64,000 nucleotides of DNA from contig NC_087437.1 in NCBI RefSeq assembly GCF_036321535.1, forward strand, positions 18,416,001-18,480,000, given 5' to 3'. This stretch comes from Camelus dromedarius (lineage: Eukaryota). Below are positions 45,878 through 56,967 of this stretch, in pieces (position 1 is the stretch's first letter; the number at the start of each line of letters is the position of its first letter). The notes below the pieces were generated by a model that did not search any database, was not told the DNA's origin, and worked only from the letters and a program-made list of their open reading frames with translations. Made by a program: the position numbers and the translations under genes.

Positions 45878-48800
45878 GTGAGCGGTCGGGGCAGCCTGGG
45901 AGGGGAGGGGGCCCAGCCGGGCGCTTTGTTCCGGGCGGGAGGTGTGGCCGTCCCGGGCCCGGCCGCGCTCGCCGCGGGTGGACTGAGCTCCGGGGTTGGC
46001 GGTAAGCGGCCTTTGGCCCCGACCGCGTAACGGTGTGCGATCGAGAAATCGGCCAGGAGCGAGACCCCGGTCGGAAGGACCTGCCTACCGCCCAAAGAGC
46101 CCCTTTCATGGTAACCGCCCTTGCGTTCCTTGTCTGCCCTGGCGAGAACCCAAGGGGAGGTGGGAGGCGGGATTCTGGTGGACGTGGGGTGGGGGGGTTC
46201 GTTCTCCTTTTAAAATGGCGTTAACGAGGGCGGGGATCCTCCATCAGAGTTGTCAAATTCTTAATGACCAAAAGGTGCTTTCTTGATAAACAACCCTTCA
46301 CTGCGCCAAGGGCTCGGGGCTCTGGTCACAACTGGGGCCCGGTTCATTCATTGACCGGACCCGGCAGGGACGCCCACCGTGTGTGGGGCACAGTGCCAGT
46401 TCCTGCGCCTCGGAAGGTAGGGGTGCAAAGTAAGCGACAGCCCAGCGTGGTCCCAGTACTGAGATCAGGGAAGCGCATTGTTGGAGCAGACAGCGTGGAA
46501 GGTCAGGGAAGGCCTCCTAAAGGAGGTGATGCCTGGCAGGAGCATGGGCACTGAACACGCAGTTAGACTCTGTGGCCGAAACGGAGGTCTGTGTTGGCCA
46601 GGGCCAGAGCCGAGTCTGAAGAGGTGGACAAGGGCCACTTCATCCGAGCCCTGATCCCTGAGCTCTGGGATTGCCCCTCCTCCCCCACGGGTCCCTCCTC
46701 CTCGCCAGCTTCCTTGGGATAGAATGGTTCTTGCCCCTCTAGAACTCACCCTCTGTCCTGGACCTGACCAGAGAAGCGGACTGACAAGGCTCCGAATGGT
46801 GATCTCAAGAGTGACCTCCCTGGCACCAGGACTGACAAGGAAATCTGACTTGAAAGCCCTGTAGCCCCACTGTAATAAGAGCACCAGCAGGGGTTAACAG
46901 ATCAGGCACTTGCCGTGGGTGTCATCGTTGGAGGAGATGCCTCCAGAAGGGATTTATTATTACCCCCATATGCAGATGGGGAACAGGGGCGAGAAAGAGT
47001 CCATAAGTTGCCCAAGATCATGAGAGTCCATGCTGTAGAGCCTGTGGCTGGTCAGGTCCCTCTCATGAGGGAGGGGCTGTCCTGTGCTTGAAGGCTCCAG
47101 GTGCAGCCTGTGTTGGGCTTTGGCTCTGTTGCCTTTCACTGGTTGGTTGAAGTGTGGGGTGGGGAGCTGCTGGTGCTAATTAACTGACACGTGTCAGGGG
47201 CTTTGCAGTGAACAAAACACTTTCACCCAGACAGTTCTTAGGAGTTTCTTCTGCTTCTCTTCCCAGGGAAGAAACTTGAGCTGGCTAACATTTTTGTAAG
47301 TCTCCTAGTTTCCTATAAATCGCATGTCCCTGCTGACTAGGGCTGAAAATGTTTCAAGCCATGGTTTTCACCCTCAGCCTGCTTTCTCTTCCCGCAGCCA
47401 GTTAGCTTTCCTGTCTGTGGTTTATAGTGTAGTTTGTCCCTTCTCTGCCAGGTTAGGAGGCATGGGGCTTTGATGCTGTGGGGTTTCCAAGGCTGCAGGG
47501 TCTGTCAGCCTCTTTGGTGGGGGTAGGGATTGAGTAAGCCAGGTACTCTGATAGAAACTGCCCCCTCTTCTGGTGGCCTCAACATTTCCTTATTGGGGTG
47601 GTGTCAAGGCCCTCTGCTGAACCCTTGTGAGGCAAGTGACAGTTTTCCAGGGCTGCCAGCTCTGTTTGTCCTTGCCACAACTTGTTTTCACCTACCTAAG
47701 ACATCTTTGTGACAGGTGTAACTTTTATTACCTCTCACCACAGGTATTTCACACTTTCAGTTGATCTGAGCTGCTTATAAGGTGACAAGTCTGTTATCCC
47801 TGGGGTTGGTTCTTGAGCTTGAGTGACCACCTGGAACCAGGGAGGACTGCAGGGCTCTGATGGACTGAACTAGCTCCTGGTCCTAACATCTGTCTGAATT
47901 GCATGTTGGCCAGCCTGCTGGATTAAGTGACTTCTGGGGGAAATGTGACATCCGTTTTCTATTTCACATCTGGTGTCATCATTGTCTACTAATGAAATGC
48001 CTCCAAAGGGAGGGGGCCTCCTTGCAAGCAATTGAAAACATACCTGCTCATGAGCATCGTGTAGTTTGCACAAACCGTTTTTGTGTGAACTAATTGGGAA
48101 CACATTCTCAAGTGTCCAAAGAGTGTGGTGCATTCCAGAGGCTCTGTACCTGCCAGGCCTGGGGCAGGCATCTGACAGGCTTGAAGGTACAGTTACCTTT
48201 GACTGGGCATGGGAGAAAGGAAGGAGGTGGGTGAGTTCCCTGTGCCCTGGGCATCCAGCAGCCATGCATGGTCTAGAGACTCAGCAGAGAAGTCAAGCTT
48301 TGAGAGGAACTTTATGGATGGACTCTGAGGCCTTGCCACCTGTCACAGTCTTGGGTGATGCCACTGGGCTCTGTGGTACTGGATCAGTGGGGATGCTTTC
48401 AGCTGCAGATAATAAAACCCAGGCAACAGTGGATTAAGCAGGGCTTTGATCTCCCAAAGATGCTCTCAGCTCTTGTGAAGTCTGTGTACACAGGGATGGA
48501 ATATGAGTGCCACCTCCAACATACTCTTGCTTAGGACAAGCAGCCAAGAAGGCTGTGTTTAGAGCAATGGTTTTTACCTCCTTGGGCTACCGCCTCTTTA
48601 ATATGCTAGTGAGAGACCCAGAGAAAAGTTACTTGGATGTATAAAGTTGGGTAAGCAATTTGGGAGATTCATGGATCTCTGAAAATGAGCCCTGGATCCC
48701 AGGGTAGATCCCCGGCTCTACTAACGTTTACTGAGGGCCTACTCTGGGGTTCTGTCTTTGCAGCCAGGCCAGTGTGCTGTTGTGGTAGAGCTGGTGTCAG

Positions 48801-49032
48801 GAGTGAGAGTGGAAAGGGTGTCGGTTCTCAGCCTATGAGTTTGAAATCTGTCTTGTAGACCTCTGACCAAGAGGGCAGTGCTGCCACCTCCTGCTTCAGA
48901 GGGCAGAGGACGCTGTTGAGGCCGAGGTGGCAGCCACACTGCACTCGTTGGTACCTGCCATGTATCCTTGGTGCCCATCTCCAGTCTTCTACGTAGCATT
49001 CCTACTGCTTGGAATGAGGCTGGTCCCGCCTG

Positions 49033-49730
49033 TTCTGAGACTCCACCCCTGGCCCTCTTGGCCTGGCACCCACCACTTGAGTCCTCCGGCCTGTTAGCTG
49101 GTTAGCATGATCCAAGACAGCTTTCTACAGCCCACCCCGTGTAGGGGTCGTGAAGTAGCAAGGGGTATTTAGCTTTTTAACGTCTCCATCATTGTCCTCT
49201 AGTATTCTTGATGGCTTTACTAGGTGGGGTCTGCTGATGGTCAGATGGCAGTATATGTCACCGCTGGTTGTGAGGTGACATTCTGGGCCTCAGAGGGACA
49301 TATTTTCTACAGAGCCTGGCCTCTGGCCACCTAGATGGATAAAATGTGATTTGGATCTGGGTTGTGCTGCTAGTGAGATTCTGGAGCATACCAGGAAGGG
49401 ATTTGGCTGTGCAGCATATGGCAATAGCGGAGGGAGAGGGGACGGAGGGTTCTGTGCTCTGTTCGGGTCCTCTGTGACCATAAATAGGGCCTTGGGTGCG
49501 ACGGGTGCTGCAGGGGCCCAGGCTCCCTGTGTGACTTCCCTGCCCCGCCCTCAGTGTTGTCATGGGGATCAGATGAAATACACAGATAAGAACAAGTTTG
49601 GAAGACCAAAAAGGGCTGTGAGATTTAAAAGCATTATTGTCATTCAAGCTACCTTCAGATAACAGAATCAGAGACCTGGAAGGGGCCCCTGGAGCATTCT
49701 GAGACTCCACCCCTGGCCCTCTTGGCCTGG
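49033..49730. repeat. Perfect 34-bp dispersed direct repeat (49033-49066 and 49697-49730)
   Basis: ttctgagactccacccctggccctcttggcctgg occurs twice, 664 bp apart. Confidence 0.92.
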
Positions 49731-50963
49731 AGTCCAAGGTCTCCTGGGGTCCAAGGTCTCCTGGGTCTCAATTCAGACACAGGAGAGTGCCTTTCTCAGG
49801 GTGGTGAGGGAGATGGTTTTAGGTGGGACACATTTTAATGGTTATATACTTATTTATATGTATTATAAAACTACGGGCATTGTGTCAAACCTGGGTTTTT
49901 CTTATGAATATTTTGCTCAGATTAAGACTAAATAAATATTTTAAGTGAAAAAGTGTGGTGATTTTGAAGGCAAAGATTAAGCCAGTAATAGTTCAGTAGT
50001 AGGCAAATATGGCCTAAATAGGAAAATGACCCCTTGAATAAAGACTAGGAAACTTTCAACAGGAGGTCCCTCCCGTGCAGCCTATGAGGGGTGGGGCTTA
50101 GCTGGACCCTTCTGGAGACAGGGAGCCTACTGCCCCTGAAATCAGTCCACCCTATTTGGTTCATCCTTGGAAAGCTCTTTCCTTCCCCCCTTAACCTGTC
50201 CCGCATGAACCTTGACAAGCATGCTTCTCTCCAGCACGAGCAGCTCTGCTTTCTCCCAACTGCTGCTCAGGTGACGTGTCTAGACGTCTAGATGTCCATC
50301 CTCCCTTCCTCCCTCCCTGTCTCCCTTCTCTTCCCTCCCTTCCTTCAGTGAAGACTTGTGGGCTGGACTGGGCTAGACACACTGCATTCGCCATCTCTAA
50401 GCCTCACAGCGGTTTTACTGTTAGTCCTTTGCAGATGTGGAAACTGGGGCTCAGGGTGGCTAAGTAGGCTCCTTACAGCCATGGCCTGAAGGAAGCAGAG
50501 CCTGGGAGGAGTCTGACCAAGATCTGTCTGGTCCTGGAGCACATGCTCCATCTGCTAAATGGTGCTGCTCCCAGAACTGGTGACCAAAGTGAGCCGTCCC
50601 TTCTCGCCTGGTGCTGTGAGACACAGCCCACCGGGGGTCTGACCACAGGTAATCAGTGATGCATTGGAGGGAAGGCCTCATGAGAGGGGACAGGGCAGCT
50701 CACGCTCAGAGACTTTGGGAGGCAGCAGAAGTCATGGAAGGGCAGGCGCTGCTGTTGACAAGAGGGAGCCTAGGTGGGACAATGGTTTTCCCCAACTCTC
50801 ATCAGTCTCATAGTCAACCAGGAACCCCTCCATCATTCATGCATTTGGTATATTTTTTAATTTTGAAAACTGTAAAGAACAGCAATATAAAGGATAATAT
50901 ATAACAAACACCGTGTACCCATTACCCCAATGAGCAGATGTGGCCCTTTTGTTGGCACTTGAT

Positions 50964-51099
50964 CCTTCCCATGCTGGGCAGGGCTTCAGGCCAGCCTTCC
51001 CATGGTAGGCAGGGCTTCAGACTATCCTCCCATGGTGGGCAGGGCTTTGCAGGATCCTTCCCATGCTAGGTGGAGCTTCAGACTACCCTCCTCATGGGG
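50964..51099. repeat. ~31-bp-unit minisatellite x ~4.3
   Basis: Units such as ccttcccatgctgggcagggcttcaggccag and ccttcccatggtaggcagggcttcagactat. Confidence 0.85.
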
Positions 51100-53740
51100 C
51101 CTGGCTGGCTGGGCCTGCCCTCAGCCTCCAGCCGGCTTCTGGAGCCTCGTGCCTGAGTTTCCATGTCCTTGCTTCTTTAACTCCACATCCCCAGGGAATT
51201 CAAAGACAATGCCACCTGGGTCTCCATTTGGGTTGATGATAGATGCTTTTGCTTCCTGAGCCCACACTGGGAAGGGATGAGTGTACGTCTGTGGATTTAA
51301 CCTTTTTCAAAAAGGACCTCCACCCGCACACACACCTGCTTGATCACTGTGGGTTCAGGCCCTTCTGTGGAGTGTACAGAACTGAACTGTACCTTAAATG
51401 GCAAATGTATGTATTTGGAAAAGAGAGAGAAGAAACATGATTTTCTTTTTATAATTAGAGGACAACAATTTGCTAAGCAGCTCATCTTCAATGATCTTGA
51501 GCAAAATACATTTTGTGTTCTAAAGTACAGAATGACATTGAAGGAAGGAAGGGCAGAGTCCAGTGCAGGACCTCTCTAACCCTAACGTGGCCTTGCCAGC
51601 TCTCCCTTTCCTCGGCTTTCTCTGGCAGAAGGTGTCCCAGGTGCCTGGTCCCGGGTCCTCCTCTCTGCCAAGCTCTCCAGTTGCAGAGGAGGAAGGCTCT
51701 TCATGCTGACAGGAGGCAGGAGCCGGTTTCTCACCCAACTGTTTGGAGCCTCTTCCTTCCCACCCCCTGACTGAGTCCCACGCTGGAGCCTGATGTGGCT
51801 CATTTGCATGTAGCTTGGGCTTGAGTGAGGACAGCTAGCAAAGCACCGCTTTTAAAGCTGTGCGGAAAAGATAAAAAACCTCCTGGAAAAGCCATGCGTA
51901 CTTGGGCAGATTCCATTTTCAGGGAGCCACTGTTGGGGACAGCTTTGAACTAGTTTTGTAATAGAATGCAGGTACCTGAGGCAGTCCCCAAGTCCTCTTT
52001 ACTAAATGGTGAGAACAAGTCAAAGTGCTTACTGTCCCCGAGTAGCCGACAAAGGATAACGTCGGTGTCCTTTTCCCTGAATCGATGGAGATGGTGCGGA
52101 AGCCGGCAAGGGCTGGGAGCCCAAAGACCTCAGGAGGATCTGCTTTGTTGGGGTTTGTCTTGCAATAGAAATGATCAGAGACTGTGCCAGTGAAGGCAGT
52201 TAAGCATATTATAAACCAATTCCTGTTTGTTTATGCAGAAATTACACACACATGTCATGTTGACTGCCTACTTTTTAAATAAAAGTTTTGGTTTAAAAAG
52301 AATCTGCTATACATACTGCATGTTAGGCTGTCCCTACTATCTCAACTGCCCAGAATAAAAGTAAAAATATCTGTAGGCACGTGGAGCTGTGTGGAGACGG
52401 CTGAAGGTGTGTAGAGTTGGGAAGACCCACCCACTCCTTAGGACTGACCATTTTGGAGAGGGGGGTCTGGGGACCCCAAAGCATTATGTATTCATTTCAA
52501 AACCAAAATTCATTTTAACTCAGTTCAGGGTTTTTTTTTTTTTTCCCTTTTCTTTTCTTTTCTTTTTATCCTTGAGAACTTCAACCCCTTCTTGAAAAGT
52601 CCCCTTTTTAGATGACCCACAGATTCACCCCTTTATATTTTTGTTCCACTGGAAATGGAGGTCCCAAAGAAGAGACAGAGGCAAACCCATCTTTCCTGGC
52701 GAGTACCATTCTCTTATAAGGAGGCTCAGCAGCTCAGAACAGCATCCATCCTGTTCTTCTTTCAATGCCTGCTTTATTGTAACCGGAGATGATGGGAAAG
52801 GGTGGAGCCACTGTCCCAGAGCCTTGGGGGCATATATTAAAAAATAACTTCTATGAGATATGCCTTCTCCGCTGTCCCTCCACACCCACATTCCTCAGGT
52901 TGAGAGTCCCCAGGCAGCAGAGCCAGGAAGGCCCAGCGCTCATCACATGCTCCGCACACCCATTCTCTTCCCGCCAAGGAAGCCAGGCCCTGGGTGCCCT
53001 GCTGGTGCTCCAGGAGCTAAGGTCAGCTGGCATGGGAGCCTTCCCAGCCACCCCCACTCGGTGACCCCCCCAGCCCCACCCACCCGTTGTGGCCAGTGGC
53101 CCGAGTCCACTTATCTGGGGCTGGGTGGGTGTTTCCTGCATGTTTGAGATTTTAAGGAGGAAATCAAAATAAAGAAACAAAGCCTTTGTTTTACTTCTGG
53201 GCTGAAACTGGGGACGGCTGGAGGGACGGAGGGGGAGCAGGAGCAGGTCACTTGGCATGTCAACAAAATAACCATACAGGGGCTTTTTTCTACTTAGGGT
53301 TGGTGTGAGTGAGTAGGAAAGCTGGGTGGAGGCTGGGAGAGCCTGTGTGGGAAGAGGAAGGAGAGGGCCCCGGGCAGGGTCCCCAGCAAAGGTCCGGGAC
53401 CACCAGCAATCGAGGGCAACCTCAGTCCTTCCTCTCTTCCCCAGAAGACCCACAGGAGCGTGGAAAGGGCATAGACCTCCTGCTCCAGGTTCTGCCCCCA
53501 TCTGTCCTTGTGTGACCTTGGGCAAGTCCCCCCTCTGCCATGGGCCTCCTTTGCTGTGGCTGTCATAGGGGACAGTACTGCAGTAGCACAGAGGTCCCAG
53601 CCACCCTCTCCCCCTTTCTTCTCTAGTCCAGTTATGCTGGATCAGATCCTCATACCACATATGTGAAAATGAGGAGATGCTCTCCCCAGTATTTCTTTCT
53701 TCCCTCTAAATTTTCTCCTTGTGGAAGTTCTCTGAGTGTA

Positions 53741-53773
<33 letters not shown>

Positions 53774-55521
53774 GTACCCAAGCATTGATGGAAACTCCAG
53801 AAGCCCAGTGCTTCTGGAGATTGCAGGGTAGAGACCATGCCTGCTGGCCATCTGGATTCCAGGCTTGGCGGCCACACTGCGGGGTACAATAGGCGTGGCT
53901 TCCTCATTCCCCAAGCCCCACTGAGCCATGGCTGTTGTATGTACCAGGCGTCACCAAGGGCCTATACCCTTGGTGAAGAGGGAGCTGCCCATGGCTCAGA
54001 ATGGGGTAGGAGTTAAAACTGGGCATCAGACACCCTTCCCTTGCCTGCTCACTCCCTGGGAGACTTTCTCCCCGGCTCTCTGTCTCCTCAAGCCTAGTTT
54101 ACTGCCATTTTCCAGGGCCTAGTTTTCCTGGACACTTTCCTCCAGAACTTCTGAAAACTCCAAATTTCCATTACTTTTGACTACAGAGGAGTAATGACAT
54201 GTAGACCAGGTTGTAAACCTACCCTTTTACCCGTGAAAAGAGCCACTGAAGAGCTCATCTGAGCAAGAGGTACGCACTCCAGTCCTGCGCCTTGACCTTC
54301 CTTAGGAACCACAGCAGGAGCTATGGGATTGTCACTGTCACTGTTCTGAGCCAGGTCAAAGTCTGAAGTCAGTCCTTTCCCAATGATCAGAACAAACCCA
54401 AGTGCTAATTCTTTTTTCCTTCGTATTAGAACAAACAGTTTGCAGAGTAGCTGTGAGGATTAGAGCGGATGTAGGTCAGGATATTTACTGAGCATCTTCT
54501 GGGTGCCAGACTTGTCCTGGGCTCCGGAGATGCAGTGGAGAATAAAACAAGAGGACAGGCCCTGCCCTCCTGGAGCTGGCAGTCTAGTGGGGAAGACACA
54601 TTACGTCATGGACAATTAAGCAACTCAGTGCAGCATGCCAAGTACTGTCCAGACAGCTGGGTGTCTTGGGATAGCAGAGCAATGACCTCACCTAGTCCAA
54701 CGGGAGTCAGATCAGGGGAGTATAGGTAAGTGCTTGGCACACGGTCAGGACGTGATAAGCAGGCATGCTACTTATCAGCCCTGGCCACCCGGCTCAGCCT
54801 GCTTCCACCTCCAGCTGGTTGCTGCTACCCACCCACCAACAATAGTTTTGCACAGAGAGGTTCATACATAATTTGTCCAAGGTCACAGAGCTAGGAAGTG
54901 GCACAGCCAAGATGCAAAACTGGGCCCGTTGGGCTCATTTCCATGCTCCTCACATCTGCCCTGCCTTCAGCTTTACCCTCTGGGCTCGTCCCTATCAGAT
55001 GGGCTATAGGGTGGGATGTCATTCGGCAACTTCCCCCTTTCTTTGCACCCCTGAAACAAGCCAGCACAGATTGTGGGTTGTGATCCTCCGGTCACCAGGA
55101 ATAAAATATGCTTCCTTGCTGAACCCTGGGATGGCCCAGCAGCAGAAGCAGTGACCCTTCAGTCCAGCTGAGTGGTGAGGTCCTCTCTGCAGAGTGGGCT
55201 GCACTGAGAGCCTCGTGCGCTGAAGGAGGTGATTCTGAGGGGTCCTCCTCCCCTGTCCTGAGTGCTTTGGGGCAGCCTGGAAAGCAGCCTCCATGTGACC
55301 CCAGGCTCCTTTCTGCGCAGTTTGGTGGAGGGGGCACTGGCAAGAGTTCCCACGACATATTGATGATGATGATGAAGACGATGACAGTAATAATAGCAAA
55401 CACTTTCTGTGCCAGGCACTGTTCCAGGCACTCATGTATATTAGCACATTCTGTCCTCAGAACAACCCTGTGAGGCGGATACTGCTGTTGATAGGTGAGG
55501 AAACTGAGACAGATAGGTTTC

Positions 55522-55622
55522 GGGGGAGGCTGGGTATAGCTCAGGGGTAGAGCACATGCTTAATATGTACAAGGTCCTAGGTTCAATCCCCTGTACCTCC
55601 ATTAAAAATTTTTTTAAAGAAA
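55522..55622 (+). mobile_element. tRNA-derived SINE (Vic-1-like) inserted in a MIR
   Basis: gggtatagctcaggggtagagcacatgctt...aggtcctaggttcaatcccctgtacctccatt. MIR sequence lies on both sides (gaggaaactgagacag before, aatttgcataaggtcatgca after). Confidence 0.85.
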
Positions 55623-56349
55623 ACCACGTATGGGTTGAGCAATTTGCATAAGGTCATGCACCTAGCAGAGGGGTAAATGCTTTGATTCATGACTTTTTAT
55701 CAAAGTGCTGCATGTAGGAAAAAGAGAGGTGGGAGACCACCCCCATCCCCCGCCCCAGCCAGTGGTGCCTTCTCCTGCCCCTTTGCCCCCTGGGAACGGA
55801 GCAGGTCTGTGTGCTCTGCCCTGTGCCCCCTCCCCACCCAGGGCTCCCTGTCTGGCCGAGCTGGCTAGGAGAGCAGGAAGGATGCAGCAGCTGTATTTAG
55901 CGCGTGGGGAGAGAGATGTGAAAAGTGGCCTCCTGCCCTTCAGCTGAGTTAGCTTAAAATCTGGACTTTGGAAGGGACCCTGAGAAGCTGCCCCTCCCTG
56001 CCTCCAGCCCGGTTCAGCCCCACCACGAGCCAGGCGGCTGGACCTTCCCCCCTGGTTCCACTTCCCTGGGCTTTCTGTTTGCCAAGGAAAACCCCCCACC
56101 TCCCGGGCTGCTCATTGCCATGCCTGACTCGTGTTCAGGAAGTTTCCCTTTTATTTTGCTCCAGACTTTCTCTCTGCAGTCGGCTTACTCTTTGAGAATG
56201 GGGATTGGCCCGCCTCTCCTCACCTCCAGGGAGGGCCTAGATCCTGTTTCTTTCTCATTACTGGTCCAACATAAGATTTTTCACATTTTTCCTTTATGAT
56301 GCTTAACATTTTGAGTATCAATGGGGGAAACAAAGCAGTAGTCATTTTT

Positions 56350-56967
56350 TCCCCTTTTTTAAGTTGAAGTATAGTTGATTTACAATTTTGCATTCGTTTC
56401 AGGTGTACAGCATAGGGATTCAGTTATACTTGTACATATATGTATTCTTTTGCAGATTCTTTTCCATTGTAGGTTATTACAAGATATTTAATATAGTTCC
56501 CTGTGTGATACAATAGATCCTTAATGTTTATCTGTTTTGTATATAATAGTATGTATATGTTAATCCCAAACTCCTAATTTATCCCTCCATCCATCTCTTT
56601 CCTCTTAGGTAACCATAGGTTTTTTCTATGTCTGTGAGTCTATTTCTGGTTTGTAATAAGCTCACTTGTGTCTTCTTTTTAGATTCCACATATGACATAC
56701 CATATGATATTTACCTTTCTCTGTCTGACTTACTTCACTTAATATGATAATCTCTAGGTCCATCCATGTTGCTGCAAATGGCATTATTTCATTCTTTTTT
56801 AATGACTGAGTAATATTCCATTGTGTATATATATCCATCTTCTTTATCCATTCATCTGTCAATGGACATTTAGATTGTTTCCATGTCTTGATTATTGTAA
56901 ATAGTGCTGCTGTGAACATTGGGGTGCATGTATCTTTTCGAGTTATAGTTTTATCTGGATATATGCC
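56350..56967 (-). mobile_element. 5'-truncated LINE-1 3' end with a diverged TSD
   Basis: Reverse translation [36 protein letters not shown] is the ORF2 C-terminus. TSD caaagcagtagtcattttt (56331-56349) versus caaagctgtggtcatcttt (56968-56986). Confidence 0.9.

Larger units (their letters stand above)
45190..46240 (+). promoter_or_regulatory. MRAS: CpG island, promoter of MRAS (muscle RAS); gene assigned by synteny
   Basis: Very high GC and CpG density, with several + strand splice donors. It is the first island beyond the NME9 5' end, consistent with the ARMC8-NME9-MRAS order. No MRAS coding exon was found in the window. Confidence 0.75.

Noticed and set aside
45109..46286. Many overlapping Arg/Gly/Pro/Ala-rich ORFs
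   Set aside because: A typical artefact of stop-codon depletion in a CpG island. None resembles RAS (no GxxxxGKS motif).
50279..50292. 14-bp palindrome TCTAGACGTCTAGA
   Set aside because: It is explained by a short tandem duplication of a self-complementary unit, with no supporting context.
52851..53660. 269-aa ORF on the - strand
   Set aside because: Non-ATG start, includes MIR-derived sequence (GDLPKVTQ), shows low-information GC-rich composition, and lies in MRAS intron 1.
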